Positions 34,165-43,675 of a stretch of DNA of 64,000 bases are shown here, piece after piece. The DNA is from Vulcanimicrobiota bacterium (GTDB lineage: Bacteria > Vulcanimicrobiota > Vulcanimicrobiia > Vulcanimicrobiales > Vulcanimicrobiaceae), in assembly GCA_963795855.1 (NCBI GenBank), contig CAWCIZ010000001.1, forward strand, positions 448,001-512,000, in the 5' to 3' direction. The translations under genes and the position numbers were made by a program. The number at the start of each line of letters is the position of its first letter. Position 1 is the stretch's first letter. The notes beneath the pieces were generated by a model that saw nothing but the letters and a program-made list of their open reading frames with translations, did not search any database and was not told the DNA's origin.

Positions 34165-34589
34165 TGTCTCTGTTGGCCCTCGACGTCGGAAGCAAACGCA
34201 TCGGCGTCGCCGTTGCCGATCCCACCGGCACTTTCGCATTACCCGTCACCGTCATAGAACGGACCAATCTCAAAGCGGACTTGGAGCGCATCACCGAACT
34301 CGCGCGCGAGTACGGCGCGCAGGAGCTCGTCATCGGCGATCCGGTTACGCTCGCCGGCGCCCGCGGCCTCGCGGCGGAAAAGATCGATCGCTTCGTCGAG
34401 CAATTGCAGCGCGTCTTCACGGGCGGCATTCATCGCGTGGACGAGCGGATGACGACGGCGCAAGCGACGAAGAGCTTGATCGCGGCCGACGTCCGCCGCG
34501 CGAAACGCAAAACGGTCGTCGACAAGATGGCGGCGGCGCTGATCTTAGAGACGTTTCTCGCCCGCCGGCGCGGCGGCGCATCGTTGTGA
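34164..34589 (+). CDS. ruvX: Holliday junction resolvase-like / pre-16S rRNA nuclease RuvX (YqgF)
   Basis: LALDVGSKRIGVAVAD, VDERMTT, VDKMAAALIL. Confidence 0.93.
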   Translation: MSLLALDVGSKRIGVAVADPTGTFALPVTVIERTNLKADLERITELAREYGAQELVIGDPVTLAGARGLAAEKIDRFVEQLQRVFTGGIHRVDERMTTAQATKSLIAADVRRAKRKTVVDKMAAALILETFLARRRGGASL

Positions 34590-35575
34590 GGCGCGCATTC
34601 AGGATCGGCGGCGCGGCGATCGCCGTCATCGTTCTTGCGCTTTTTGTGGTCTTCGCCTATGCCATTTGGGGCGATGCCTCGCATCCGTCCGTTACGCGCC
34701 AAGTGATAGTCCCTCGCGGGTCGACGTTTCACGACATTGCGGGCCAACTCGCGAGCGCGGGCGTCATCGGCAATGAAACGGCGTTTCGCATCTACGCCAA
34801 GGTAACGCATGCCGACACCGAGGCGCACGCCGGCGCGTTTCGTTTTCCGCCGCATCAGACGCCCGCGCAAGTCCTGCAGCAACTGGAGAGCGGCGGCGCG
34901 CAGGTTGCGAAATGGATTACCATTCCCGAAGGCTTCACCGCCAAGCAGATCGCGCAGCGCCTTGCTTACGAAGGGTTCGGAAGCGCCGCTTCGTTCCAGA
35001 CCGCCTTTCTGCACGATTCGATCGTCGTAGGCGGCGCGCGCACGAAGAATCTGGAAGGTTTTCTATTTCCAAGCACTTACCTGATTCCGAACGGCGCCTC
35101 CCCGAAGACGGTTGTGGATATTCTAACGGCGCAGTTCCGCAAAGAGCTGCCGCCCGGTGCCGCACGAAAAGCGCGGCAGCATGGCCTTACGGTGCCGCAG
35201 GTCGTCACCCTGGCCTCGCTCATCGAACGCGAAGCGAAGGCAGACGACGAGCGCCCGCTCATGGCGGGGGTGTATTACAACCGCCTCCGGCTGGGCATGC
35301 CGCTTGAAGTGGATGCGACGATAGAATACGCTCTTCCCGAACACCACGACGTCATTACGTACGGGGACCTGAAAATCGACTCGCCGTATAACTCGTATCT
35401 GCATACGGGTTTGCCGCCGACGCCGATTGCCAACCCGGGCGCCGCGTCGCTTCGGGCGGCGTTCGATCCGCGGCCGTCGCAATACCTGTATTACGTGTAC
35501 AAAGGAAACGGGCACCACGCGTTCGCGCGAACCCTCGCCGAGCAGCACGCGAACACCGCAAAGTATTTGAAGTAG
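34586..35575 (+). CDS. mltG: Endolytic transglycosylase MltG
   Basis: TIPEG, LEGFLFPSTY, LASLIERE, SPYNSY..GLPPTPIANPG. Confidence 0.95.
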   Translation: MRRAFRIGGAAIAVIVLALFVVFAYAIWGDASHPSVTRQVIVPRGSTFHDIAGQLASAGVIGNETAFRIYAKVTHADTEAHAGAFRFPPHQTPAQVLQQLESGGAQVAKWITIPEGFTAKQIAQRLAYEGFGSAASFQTAFLHDSIVVGGARTKNLEGFLFPSTYLIPNGASPKTVVDILTAQFRKELPPGAARKARQHGLTVPQVVTLASLIEREAKADDERPLMAGVYYNRLRLGMPLEVDATIEYALPEHHDVITYGDLKIDSPYNSYLHTGLPPTPIANPGAASLRAAFDPRPSQYLYYVYKGNGHHAFARTLAEQHANTAKYLK

Positions 35576-35583
35576 GAGAACTC

Positions 35584-35865
35584 ATGCCAACAAACGGCGA
35601 CGCCGGCAAACCGCAAACCCTGGAACTGCGCGACGTGCTCGTGATTCAAACGACCGACGAAAAGAAACTCGAATTCGAAGTCGTCGGCTTGGTTGAAGAC
35701 GAAGAAAACAACACGTACGCGGTACTCTATTGCGAGCAGGAGGACGAGTTCGTCGTCACGGACGCGAAGGGCGATCTGCTCGAGGATGACGAGTTGGCGC
35801 AGGAAATACTCGACGACTTTTTCGTGCTGGCGGAAGAGTCGGGCAGCGAGGGGAGCACCGAGTAA
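35584..35865 (+). CDS. DUF1292-like small acidic protein
   Basis: Acidic 93 aa, EFEVV..VED....YAVL; typical ruvX/mltG neighbour. Confidence 0.65.
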   Translation: MPTNGDAGKPQTLELRDVLVIQTTDEKKLEFEVVGLVEDEENNTYAVLYCEQEDEFVVTDAKGDLLEDDELAQEILDDFFVLAEESGSEGSTE

Positions 35866-35879
35866 TTCGCGCGCTGTTC

Positions 35880-37007
35880 TTGTCGGCGAACGTCGGCGTC
35901 GGTCACACATCGGCCGCGAACGCGCTGCGTGGGGCACTCGCGGGCGGCGAGCCGCCAATCGACGCAACGATCGTCGACTCGTACAAATACGCGGCGTCGG
36001 TCGTTTCACGCGTCGTATCGCAGGGCTATCTGGGCATGGTCAAGACCATTCCGCAGATGTACCGGTTTCTGTACAATCGGGCCGAGCGCGCTACCGAAGT
36101 AGGCCCGTTTCGCGCGTGGGTCCACCAATTCACCGCAACGAATCTTCGCCCGCTGCTGCAAGAGTTGCGCCCTGACGTCGTGATCTGCACGCACGCATTT
36201 CCGTGCGGCGTCATGGCCGAATACAAAAAACAGTTCGCGGACGCTCCGCCGGTCATGGGCGTCGTGACCGATTTCGTCGTTCACGCCTTTTGGATTCACA
36301 ACAACATCGAAGGGTACGCGGTCGCAACGCCGGAAATGCGCGCGACGCTCATCGCGCGAGGCGTTGCGCGCGATCGCATTATCGTTTCCGGCATACCGGT
36401 GCGTGCAGACTTCGCGCAGCCGTGCGGCGACCGCGATACGCTTCGCGAGCGGCTCGGCTTGCCGCTCGACCGCAGCACGGTGCTTTTGATGGGCGGCGGT
36501 TTGGGCATAGGTCCGCTTGAAACGATGATGCAGGCGCTCGACCGCGTCGATACGCCGCTTTGCGCGCTCGCCATCGTCGGGCGAAGCACGCGCAGCGAAC
36601 AGCGCGTGCTGGAATACGCTCACCGCGTCGGCTATCCCGTGCGCGTGGTTCGCTTCGTGAACAACGTGCATGAGTACATGCACGCGAGCGACGTTCTCAT
36701 TACGAAGCCGGGCGGTCTGACGTCCGCCGAGGCGCTGGTCGCGCAGGTCCCGATGGTACTGTTCAAACCGCTGCCCGGTCAGGAAGAGCGCAACACGCGC
36801 TATTTGGTGCAGCGCCGCGCGGCGTTGCGCGCGAAATCGGGCGCGGATCTCACCCGAACGGTGCAGTCGCTTTTGGAATCGGAAGAGAAACGCAACGTGA
36901 TGCGCGCCGCTATGATGAGGCTCGGAAAACCTGAAGCGGCAGCGGAGATCGCCGAGGCGATTCGCGGCCTCGCGTCCGGCGTCGCTCGAGGAGAACAAAT
37001 CGCATGA
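35880..37007 (+). CDS. MGDG synthase/UgtP-like diacylglycerol glycosyltransferase (start uncertain)
   Basis: SANVGVGH, PDVVICTHAFP, MGGGLG, ITKPGGLTSAEA, PGQEERN. Confidence 0.88.
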   Translation: MSANVGVGHTSAANALRGALAGGEPPIDATIVDSYKYAASVVSRVVSQGYLGMVKTIPQMYRFLYNRAERATEVGPFRAWVHQFTATNLRPLLQELRPDVVICTHAFPCGVMAEYKKQFADAPPVMGVVTDFVVHAFWIHNNIEGYAVATPEMRATLIARGVARDRIIVSGIPVRADFAQPCGDRDTLRERLGLPLDRSTVLLMGGGLGIGPLETMMQALDRVDTPLCALAIVGRSTRSEQRVLEYAHRVGYPVRVVRFVNNVHEYMHASDVLITKPGGLTSAEALVAQVPMVLFKPLPGQEERNTRYLVQRRAALRAKSGADLTRTVQSLLESEEKRNVMRAAMMRLGKPEAAAEIAEAIRGLASGVARGEQIA

Positions 37008-37536
37008 GAATGATGCCGTCACACTGGACGTACGCGGGATGGTTCACGGTTCTACGTGTGTACGCAGGTCTGTTCTGGCTCGCGCACGGCGTTCCGAAGT
37101 TTCTCAACTCGGCCGCTTTCATGCCGCCGTCCGGTTTCATGCCGCAAGCGGTGCAGCGCGGGATCATGTCGCAAACGGGCTTCTACCACGATTTTCTGCT
37201 CAACGTCGTCACGCCGAACATCGGACTTTTCGGGGATCTCGTTCGGCTCGGCGAAGTGCTCGTCGGCTGCAGTTTGCTGCTCGGCATATTCACGCGGTTC
37301 GGCGGTCTCGTCGGGTGTTTCTTGCGCTAAACTACATGGGGCTGCAAGGCGAATTCGCGAAATTGACGACGATTGGATCGCTCGACGCCGCGGCGTTCAT
37401 GCTCTCGTTCTCGATGCTTGTCGTGCCCGCGGGCCGCGTCGCCGGCGTTGACGCGTTTCTCGTCCGGCGGCCGGTACGTAAAGACGTCGTCGTGCCCGAG
37501 ATCGTCGAAGAGACGCCGCCGGTTCCGCCGCGTTGA
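37004..37536 (+). CDS. DoxX/DoxD family membrane protein, frameshift near 37325
   Basis: LRVYAG.FW..HG..K, GEVLVG.SLLLGIFTR, PAGR..GVDA. Confidence 0.75.
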
Positions 37537-37596
37537 CACCACGCGCTGACGCGCAGGCTCCCATAGTGCCGATGTGGTATAGTGGTCCGGTCCCAC

Positions 37597-37687
37597 GGAG
37601 AGGTGGGTGAGTGGCTGAAACCAGTCGTTTGCTAAATGACCGACGGTCAAAAACCGTCCGAGGGTTCGAATCCCTCCCTCTCCGCCA
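37597..37687 (+). tRNA. tRNA-Ser(GCT)
   Basis: GGAGAGG/CCTCTCC acceptor, GTCGT-TTGCTAA-ATGAC anticodon arm, long variable arm, encoded CCA. Confidence 0.96.
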
Positions 37688-37741
37688 CGAAATTCATCGT
37701 GGAGGGGAAACGAAAAACCGCGACGTATCAATCGCGGCCGT

Positions 37742-37816
37742 GCGGTCGTCAGCTCAATTGGATAGAGCAACAGGCTACGAACTTGTAGGTTGGGGGTTCG
37801 AGTCCCTCCGACCGCG
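37742..37816 (+). tRNA. tRNA-Arg(ACG)
   Basis: GCGGTCG/CGACCGC acceptor, ACAGG-CTACGAA-CTTGT, GTTCGAGTC; one extra C before the D stem. Confidence 0.9.
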
Positions 37817-37825
37817 CATTTCGAG

Positions 37826-37854
37826 GAAGAGCCCGGATCGCCGCCGGGCTTTTC
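37826..37854 (+). terminator. Terminator after the tRNA pair
   Basis: GAAGAGCCCGG...CCGGGCTTTTC. Confidence 0.7.
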
Positions 37855-37935
37855 ACGTTTCATCGGTGTCGCCGGCCCTTGAAAAAAAGTGCCGGGGTTT
37901 GTTAAAGTAGAGCGTCGAACGGCGCGTTACCGTAC

Positions 37936-38006
37936 GGCTCGGTACTCAGCGGTAGAGCGGGGGACTCATAAGCCCTAGGTCGTAGGTTCAAATCCTACCC
38001 GAGTCA
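37936..38006 (+). tRNA. tRNA with CAT anticodon (elongator Met, or Ile2)
   Basis: GGCTCGG/CCGAGTC acceptor, CTCATAA loop, GTAGG-TTCAAAT-CCTAC; D stem lacks one G; TTGAAA..TAAAGT promoter-like site upstream. Confidence 0.8.
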
Positions 38007-38013
38007 GTCGTGC

Positions 38014-38052
38014 GGAGTCCGGAGTGCTTGACGCTCCGGGCTTCCAGTTTTT
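38014..38052 (+). terminator. Intrinsic terminator after tRNA-CAT
   Basis: GGAGTCCGGAGTG...CGCTCCGGGCTTCC then T run. Confidence 0.65.
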
Positions 38053-38114
38053 CGCCGATGTGAAACCTGAAGGGAATCCTCCGGGTCCGGTAGGATTGAG
38101 GCTGACTTACAACT

Positions 38115-38348
38115 ATGTCAACTATTCCGTGCGACTTTTGTCCGCATCCGGTGGACCGCAATCAAATGGAAGAGATCGAGATCTCCCATTACGTTCCCGA
38201 TAGTTCGGGCGACGATCTCGCGTATGCACGGACGTACTTTTTCGGCCATCCGGATTGTGTTCGCAAGTTTTACCGAGGACTCGTCGATCACAAACTCGAT
38301 TTGTTCAAGCATATCCCGAGCGCCGGCAATCCCGAAGGCCAGCGCTGA
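38115..38348 (+). CDS. Small hypothetical protein, possible Zn-binding (CDFC...HPDC)
   Basis: 77-aa ORF with protein-like composition between tRNA genes. Confidence 0.6.
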   Translation: MSTIPCDFCPHPVDRNQMEEIEISHYVPDSSGDDLAYARTYFFGHPDCVRKFYRGLVDHKLDLFKHIPSAGNPEGQR

Positions 38349-38376
38349 CGATCCGGCGTTCCTACGCCGGAACCGT

Positions 38377-38453
38377 GTCCCCGTAGCTCAGTTGGATAGA
38401 GCGTTTGCCTCCGAAGCAAAAGGCCGGTGGTTCGAGTCCACAGGTCGGGGACG
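38377..38453 (+). tRNA. tRNA-Arg(CCG), atypical T-stem/acceptor junction, overlaps tadA
   Basis: GTCCCCG/CGGGGAC acceptor, TTTGC-CTCCGAA-GCAAA, GGTGG-TTCGAGT-CCAC then about 3 extra nt. Confidence 0.75.
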
Positions 38454-38887
38454 AATATTACATACGGCGTGCGATGGAACTGGCGGCGAAGGCGGCAGAC
38501 GCCGGCGACGTGCCGATCGGCGCGGTACTCGTGACGGGCGACTTGGTGCTCGAGGCCAAGAACGAAAAGGAGAGCCGGCCCGATGCTACAGCGCATGCTG
38601 AAATGCTGCTGCTGCAGCTCGCGGCGCGCGAATTGCACGCATGGCGTCTGCCGGATGCGACGGTATACGTCACCAAAGAACCGTGCGTGATGTGCGCGGG
38701 CGCGCTCGTTGCCGCACGAATTAAGCGCCTCGTCTTCGGATGCGCGGATCCCAAGGGCGGCGCCGCCGGAAGCGTGATCGACCTCGTACGCCATCCCTCG
38801 CTCAACCATCGCATGGAAGTGACGGCGGGTGTTCTGGAAAACGAAACCGCCGAACAGCTTCAAGAGTTTTTTCGCAAGCGCCGGTAG
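38405..38887 (+). CDS. tadA: tRNA adenosine(34) deaminase (start uncertain: TTG 38405 or ATG 38474)
   Basis: DEYYIRRAM, DVPIGAV, TAHAEM, TKEPCVMCAGA, DPKGGA, LNH, FF.KRR. Confidence 0.92.
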   Translation: MPPKQKAGGSSPQVGDEYYIRRAMELAAKAADAGDVPIGAVLVTGDLVLEAKNEKESRPDATAHAEMLLLQLAARELHAWRLPDATVYVTKEPCVMCAGALVAARIKRLVFGCADPKGGAAGSVIDLVRHPSLNHRMEVTAGVLENETAEQLQEFFRKRR

Positions 38888-38943
38888 CAAGACTTTTGCG
38901 CGGACGCGCGAATCAGCGGTCCTTTGTCGGCCGTGCTGCACCT

Positions 38944-39031
38944 GGAGAGGTGGTCGAGTGGTTGAAGGCACCCGCCTCGAAAGCGGGCAGACGTGATGAG
39001 CGTCTCGAGAGTTCGAATCTCTCCCTCTCCG
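38944..39031 (+). tRNA. tRNA-Ser(CGA)
   Basis: GGAGAGG/CCTCTCC acceptor, CCCGC-CTCGAAA-GCGGG, long variable arm. Confidence 0.96.
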
Positions 39032-39072
39032 AAGTAAGAAAAGGACCCGCTTGCGGGTCCTTTTCTTACTTT
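39032..39072. terminator. Bidirectional terminator
   Basis: Perfect inverted repeat AAGTAAGAAAAGGACCCGC-TT-GCGGGTCCTTTTCTTACTT. Confidence 0.85.
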
Positions 39073-39142
39073 GCACATGAGAGATCGAACTCGTGAGGCG
39101 CGATAGTACAGCGTCTCGATAGCGACCAGGATGGGTGAGGCG

Positions 39143-41134
39143 CTACGAACCTTGCGCCGTGTACGTGTACACGTGCTGGCCGTCGCGAATGATAAGCTCG
39201 CGGCTGCCGTCCTTCGGCAAGACGAAATCGAAGCCGCCCCGTCCGGGACTGATGGTGAGGAATGAGATAGTACCGTCGGCATTCTTACGCGTGCCGACGT
39301 GGCTGCTCCAGAGTCCGAATTGGAACACCAAACCCTGCGCATCGTGGCTGACCGCGATGCGTCCGAGCGCGGGGCTCGTGTAGTATTGCGCGAGTTGCGC
39401 AGCGTATGCCGGCGATGCGGGAACGGTGATGAGCTTGCGCTGCACCGCTAACGCCTGGGCGTCGGTCTTCGCTGCGGAGGCAACGTCGGCGTCTGCTTCC
39501 GGCTTTCCGTTGTACAAGACTTCGAGCAGCTTGCGAAGGAACGGACCGCGCAGCTCCACGCCCGAATCCGAATTGGTGAGGATCACCGCGCCGACTTGCG
39601 CCGAAGGAATCGCAAACCAGTCGCTATGAAAGCCGATGAGATCGCCGCCGTGATGAACGACGCTTATACCGTACGTCTGGTCATCCATGAGCCCCATGCC
39701 GTACCACTCGTTCTCACCGAGCGGCACCGTGTGCAGGCGGCGCTGCAAAACATTTTTTGCGGAGATGAACCGCTTTCCGTTCGGCGCTACGCCGGGCGTG
39801 AGCTCGTCCTGCACGTATCTGATCATGTCATGCGGCGAGGACCACGCCTCGCCGGCAGGACGATACGGAATCGCGATATCGTTGATCGGCGAGTCCACGA
39901 CCTCGGTGACGCCGTCGACGGTCTGCCCGTGCGGGCTTGCGTGATCGCCCGCCTGCACGCGGCTCATGTCGAACGTCGTGTGCATCATGCCGAGCGGATC
40001 GAAAATCAGCGTCTGCATCGCCTTGTCGTACGCCGCGCCGATGGGAAGATTCGGATACTCCAAATGCCCGGCGATATATCCCGCGGCCGAAGCCATCGTG
40101 TTGCTGTATTGGAAGATCTGACCGTATTTGCTGGTCGGTTCCGTGTTGGCGAGTTGTACGAACGTTTCTTCCGGACCGGTTTTCGGCGTCGTTCCCAAGA
40201 TCCAGTCGAAGTCTTTGCGCGGGACGCCGGTGCACGCGCAGACGAGATCTTCGATTCGCACTTTGGCGGTCGTCGCGGGGCTGCCCAAGCGGAACGACGG
40301 GTACGCTTGCGTGACCGGTTCATCCCACCGCAGCTTTCGTTGGTCGACTAGGCGCGAGAGCAAGAGCGTCGTCAGACCTTTCGTATTCGACGCAATCATG
40401 AACAGCGTATTCGCGTCGACCGGCTGTGGTTTGCCGACCGTTCGAACACCGAGCCCGCCTTGATACACGACTTTGCCGTGGTCGATGATCGCAATGCCGA
40501 CGCCAGGTACGTGCAGTTCGCTCATACCGGTTTTTACGAACGCGAGAAGCGCCGCGACGCGCGCAGGCGTGAGGCGGTTTGCCGTTCGTCCGGCGAACGT
40601 CTCACGGACGTAGGCCGCAGGCTGTATACTCCCTGCAAGAAGCGCGACTGCGGCGTCTCGTTTTTCAAACGTCGACTCCGAGCCGTCGAAGAGAAACACG
40701 GTCCAGAGATCTTTGCTGCGCAGGGCAGTCGCAGCAAGGACGAGATGCTCCGCGGGGGTGGTGACATAATCAACTGCTTGGATTTCGTCCCAGCCTTCGC
40801 GCGGGGGCGCGGAAGACGTCATGAGCACCTTGCGATGAAAACCTGGTTGATATGCTTGCCATGCCTGCGCGACCGCACCTTGCGCGTTGGCGGCCTTACC
40901 GACGTTCGCGATGACGAGGTGCGCGTCGTTTTCCGGCGCCGTAACGATCACCAGCGAGCCCTTTTGCTGCTCGAGCCAGCCTTTCGGCACGGTGAATTTC
41001 ACGCCGTTAACCGTCTGCGGCGTGTCGGCGGCGGCCGGTCCGGGTGCGGGGTTTGCGGGAGCGGGGGTCTGCGCGGCGGCGGCCATAGGCGCCAGTAATG
41101 AAAAGACAGCGAGCAATGTAAGAACGCGCTTCAT
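39143..41134 (-). CDS. Secreted serine hydrolase (beta-lactamase/PBP-like family)
   Basis: Signal MKRVLTLL..AAA; SxxK (ASNTK), YSN, HGG motifs. Confidence 0.88.
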   Translation of the reverse strand: MKRVLTLLAVFSLLAPMAAAAQTPAPANPAPGPAAADTPQTVNGVKFTVPKGWLEQQKGSLVIVTAPENDAHLVIANVGKAANAQGAVAQAWQAYQPGFHRKVLMTSSAPPREGWDEIQAVDYVTTPAEHLVLAATALRSKDLWTVFLFDGSESTFEKRDAAVALLAGSIQPAAYVRETFAGRTANRLTPARVAALLAFVKTGMSELHVPGVGIAIIDHGKVVYQGGLGVRTVGKPQPVDANTLFMIASNTKGLTTLLLSRLVDQRKLRWDEPVTQAYPSFRLGSPATTAKVRIEDLVCACTGVPRKDFDWILGTTPKTGPEETFVQLANTEPTSKYGQIFQYSNTMASAAGYIAGHLEYPNLPIGAAYDKAMQTLIFDPLGMMHTTFDMSRVQAGDHASPHGQTVDGVTEVVDSPINDIAIPYRPAGEAWSSPHDMIRYVQDELTPGVAPNGKRFISAKNVLQRRLHTVPLGENEWYGMGLMDDQTYGISVVHHGGDLIGFHSDWFAIPSAQVGAVILTNSDSGVELRGPFLRKLLEVLYNGKPEADADVASAAKTDAQALAVQRKLITVPASPAYAAQLAQYYTSPALGRIAVSHDAQGLVFQFGLWSSHVGTRKNADGTISFLTISPGRGGFDFVLPKDGSRELIIRDGQHVYTYTAQGS

Positions 41135-41284
41135 CTGGACTCTCTCCTGTTCGTGCGGCGGCGCAAGGTCGGTACTGCTTGTACGGGACACGCCAGCGAA
41201 TTGTTTCCGCACCGTGCCGGGGCGCCCTCCGTTGCGCACGAAATTCGCCTCAGCCGCCGGTACTTCGCATGCGCTTTTCAGTCG

Positions 41285-41878
41285 TTACAGCAGCGGAACG
41301 CCCGGAGCGGCGGTGCGCGGATAAAGACCGACCAAACGCGGATCGTCGTGGATTTCGATTTGGCGTTTGTACGGGACGAAACCCGAGCGTCTGTAGAACG
41401 GCAAAGCGTTCGGATGATCGAGCGTGCACGTGTGCAGCCAAACGCGCTCGATGGGATGCGACCATGCTCTCGCGAGCGCGTAGTTCATGAGGCTGCGCCC
41501 CGCTCCCGTGCCGCGAAGGCGCTCGCTTACGCCGAACAAGCCGATTTCGCATTCGCCGCGCTCGCGAAAGTCGAGCAGCAGAATGCCCTCGTCCACGCCT
41601 TCGACGCGAAGCGTGTACAACTCGACGTTCGGGTCACGCATCATCTCGGCAAACTCTTCGTCGGTTACGCGGAGCGGTGATTGCCAGAGAAACGGCTCTC
41701 CGATACGCCGAACCAGCGAGCGATACCGCGCGGCATTCGGTTCGCGAAACGCTTCGATCTCCGCACCCGTAACGTGTGGTTCGGCGCGCGTCGCCGCCGG
41801 CGCGCGCATCTCCAGACAGGTGACGACGTTCGCGAGCTTTCCGGGCGGGAGGTCCGTGTAGCCGTCAGCGAGCGGCAT
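41285..41878 (-). CDS. GNAT family N-acetyltransferase
   Basis: FGV...LRGTGAG, VWLHTCTLDHPNALPFYRRSGF. Confidence 0.9.
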   Translation of the reverse strand: MPLADGYTDLPPGKLANVVTCLEMRAPAATRAEPHVTGAEIEAFREPNAARYRSLVRRIGEPFLWQSPLRVTDEEFAEMMRDPNVELYTLRVEGVDEGILLLDFRERGECEIGLFGVSERLRGTGAGRSLMNYALARAWSHPIERVWLHTCTLDHPNALPFYRRSGFVPYKRQIEIHDDPRLVGLYPRTAAPGVPLL

Positions 41879-42098
41879 ACCGGTACTGGCCGGGCTGCCA
41901 TTCGCACACGCTCGCGTCGCGCATCACGAACGACTCGCAGCCGTCGACGTCGGGGTTGAAGTCCGCGTTGAGGCGTTTGGTCGCGTCCCAATCTACCGCC
42001 GGTTCTTGCCGCGCGGCGCCGCGCGCTTTCACATACGAAAATTGCGGATTTTTGATGAGCGTGTTGAGCGTCTTCGCCAAGCGTTGCGCATCCTTCAT
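41865..42098 (-). CDS. Hypothetical protein
   Basis: 77-aa ORF overlapping the GNAT start, GAGGAAG upstream. Confidence 0.5.
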   Translation of the reverse strand: MKDAQRLAKTLNTLIKNPQFSYVKARGAARQEPAVDWDATKRLNADFNPDVDGCESFVMRDASVCEWQPGQYRYAAR

Positions 42099-42157
42099 GC
42101 TTGCTCTGCTTCCTCGCCCCCGAGGGGCTTCCCCGCAGCTAGGGAACTCACCAACTC

Positions 42158-42868
42158 ATGGCCTTGTCCCACCTCGTCATGCATTTCGCGCTTTGCAATG
42201 CTGCCGCGCGCCTTGGGGCGCAAGCGGAGCTGCCCGTGCGCGTGGTGATCACCGACAAAATCAACCGCGACGTCGTGGACCAGGCGGGAAAAGTCTCTCG
42301 CTACGAAGGCGATACGAGCTCGATGGAATTCGATATACCGTGGGGCCTGTACCGCGCCAGCGTCACGATGCGCGCCGGCAGTGCGAACTGCACGGGAGTT
42401 CAATACTTTTCCGTCTTAGCCGATCACGATCGAACGCTGACGATACACTTGCAGGACGGTCATGTGAATTCGCCGGTTCCGACGCTGATTCAGGGCAGCG
42501 CGCCGTTCTCGTTTTCTTACGTCGAGCCGACCGTCATGGTTTTCGGCGCCGACACGAAATGCAACGGGCCGGTAGGCAATCCAGTCGACGCGAACATCGA
42601 TCAGCAGAACGACGCCGACGGCTATTACGCGTCGGTCTTTCCCGGCCCCGGCATTTCCAGAACCACGCATCTCGTCGTAGCCGTGCGTCTGAAAGATTCG
42701 CACGGCGGATACAACTACATTCGCGTTCCCGGCGATTTCCTCGGCGGTTCGTACGGTTGGCCGTCGGTCGGGCAGTTCAACGTTACCGAAGACGTCGTTG
42801 ATTACGTCGCAGACAAACCGGAAGACACACTGCTCTGCCCGCGCATGTACAAGACGGAAGTGCACTAG
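42158..42868 (+). CDS. Hypothetical protein, probably exported (Cys-containing, beta-rich)
   Basis: 236-aa ORF with protein-like composition; no motif recognised. Confidence 0.65.
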   Translation: MALSHLVMHFALCNAAARLGAQAELPVRVVITDKINRDVVDQAGKVSRYEGDTSSMEFDIPWGLYRASVTMRAGSANCTGVQYFSVLADHDRTLTIHLQDGHVNSPVPTLIQGSAPFSFSYVEPTVMVFGADTKCNGPVGNPVDANIDQQNDADGYYASVFPGPGISRTTHLVVAVRLKDSHGGYNYIRVPGDFLGGSYGWPSVGQFNVTEDVVDYVADKPEDTLLCPRMYKTEVH

Positions 42869-42883
42869 CCGCCGAATGAAGCG

Positions 42884-43621
42884 CTAATGCGTCGGCGAAG
42901 GCGCGGGCGTCCCTGCCAAGCGCGGATCGGGCGCTGCTGCGGGAAAGGTGATGTCGGAATACGTGGTGTCGGAAGATACGGTGAAGTTCATCGGTCCGAA
43001 GTGCTGGGGCGCGGTGTAGCGCGCGTGCGTTATCACCCAATGCCCGTCGATGGTTTGGTAATCCAGCGAAATGACGGTGGGATCGCCGACGAAGCGCACT
43101 TCGATATGCGCGGGCAACTGCGTTGCCGGATCGATGACGATGTCCGCGGGATAGAGATCGCCGTGCGGAAGGGAAGGCGTCGGCGCGGCCTGCAGATGCA
43201 CTCGCTGCGCGCTGGAGTCCGCTGCGTATGAGGGCGCCCAAAAACTGATATAGGGAACGACCTCGTTCACCGACGTATCGGGCGCCGGCAATTGCCAAAG
43301 TTGCGGAGCGACGCGCGTGAGATCGATGTCGACGTGCTTGAGGTTCGCGTACCAACTGTAACTGAAACCTGCGAGCGGATCGAAGTAGGGAATGATTGGA
43401 AACGCTTTTCCGGTACGCTGCGCGCCGTGCGGAAGATCTTGCATGACTGCGTAGTCGTCGGGCTGACGCACGGCCACGTACCGGTTGATGTCCTGCATGC
43501 GGCCGATGCTCGAGGTGACGTGCGTCAACTCGCGATACGTGATATACATCGGCGCGTTCTGAACGTAGGCGGTGGCCGTCCGGTTGATCAGCTGGACCAG
43601 CGCCAGGTCGGGTGGAATCAT
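42884..43621 (-). CDS. Hypothetical protein
   Basis: Likely ATG 43621 (MIPPDLAL); beta-rich; divergent from the amidohydrolase. Confidence 0.6.
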   Translation of the reverse strand: MIPPDLALVQLINRTATAYVQNAPMYITYRELTHVTSSIGRMQDINRYVAVRQPDDYAVMQDLPHGAQRTGKAFPIIPYFDPLAGFSYSWYANLKHVDIDLTRVAPQLWQLPAPDTSVNEVVPYISFWAPSYAADSSAQRVHLQAAPTPSLPHGDLYPADIVIDPATQLPAHIEVRFVGDPTVISLDYQTIDGHWVITHARYTAPQHFGPMNFTVSSDTTYSDITFPAAAPDPRLAGTPAPSPTH

Positions 43622-43675
43622 CGCAGCGTTCTTCGGAGAAAGGTGTGTGGTTCTTTCCGGGAAAAGCGATGCCGC

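Noticed and set aside
26306..35865. HIT-rpsU-yqeY-nfeD-floA-phoH-ybeY-dgkA-cdd-recO-ruvX-mltG cluster as a novel system
   Set aside because: Well-known conserved Firmicutes-type gene order; only the absence of era here is of minor note
37597..39072. Prophage or integrative element at the tRNA cluster
   Set aside because: No integrase, no duplicated tRNA 3' end and no phage genes
39143..41134. Antibiotic-resistance beta-lactamase
   Set aside because: The motifs only support the broad serine hydrolase/PBP-like family; length and extra domains are atypical of resistance enzymes
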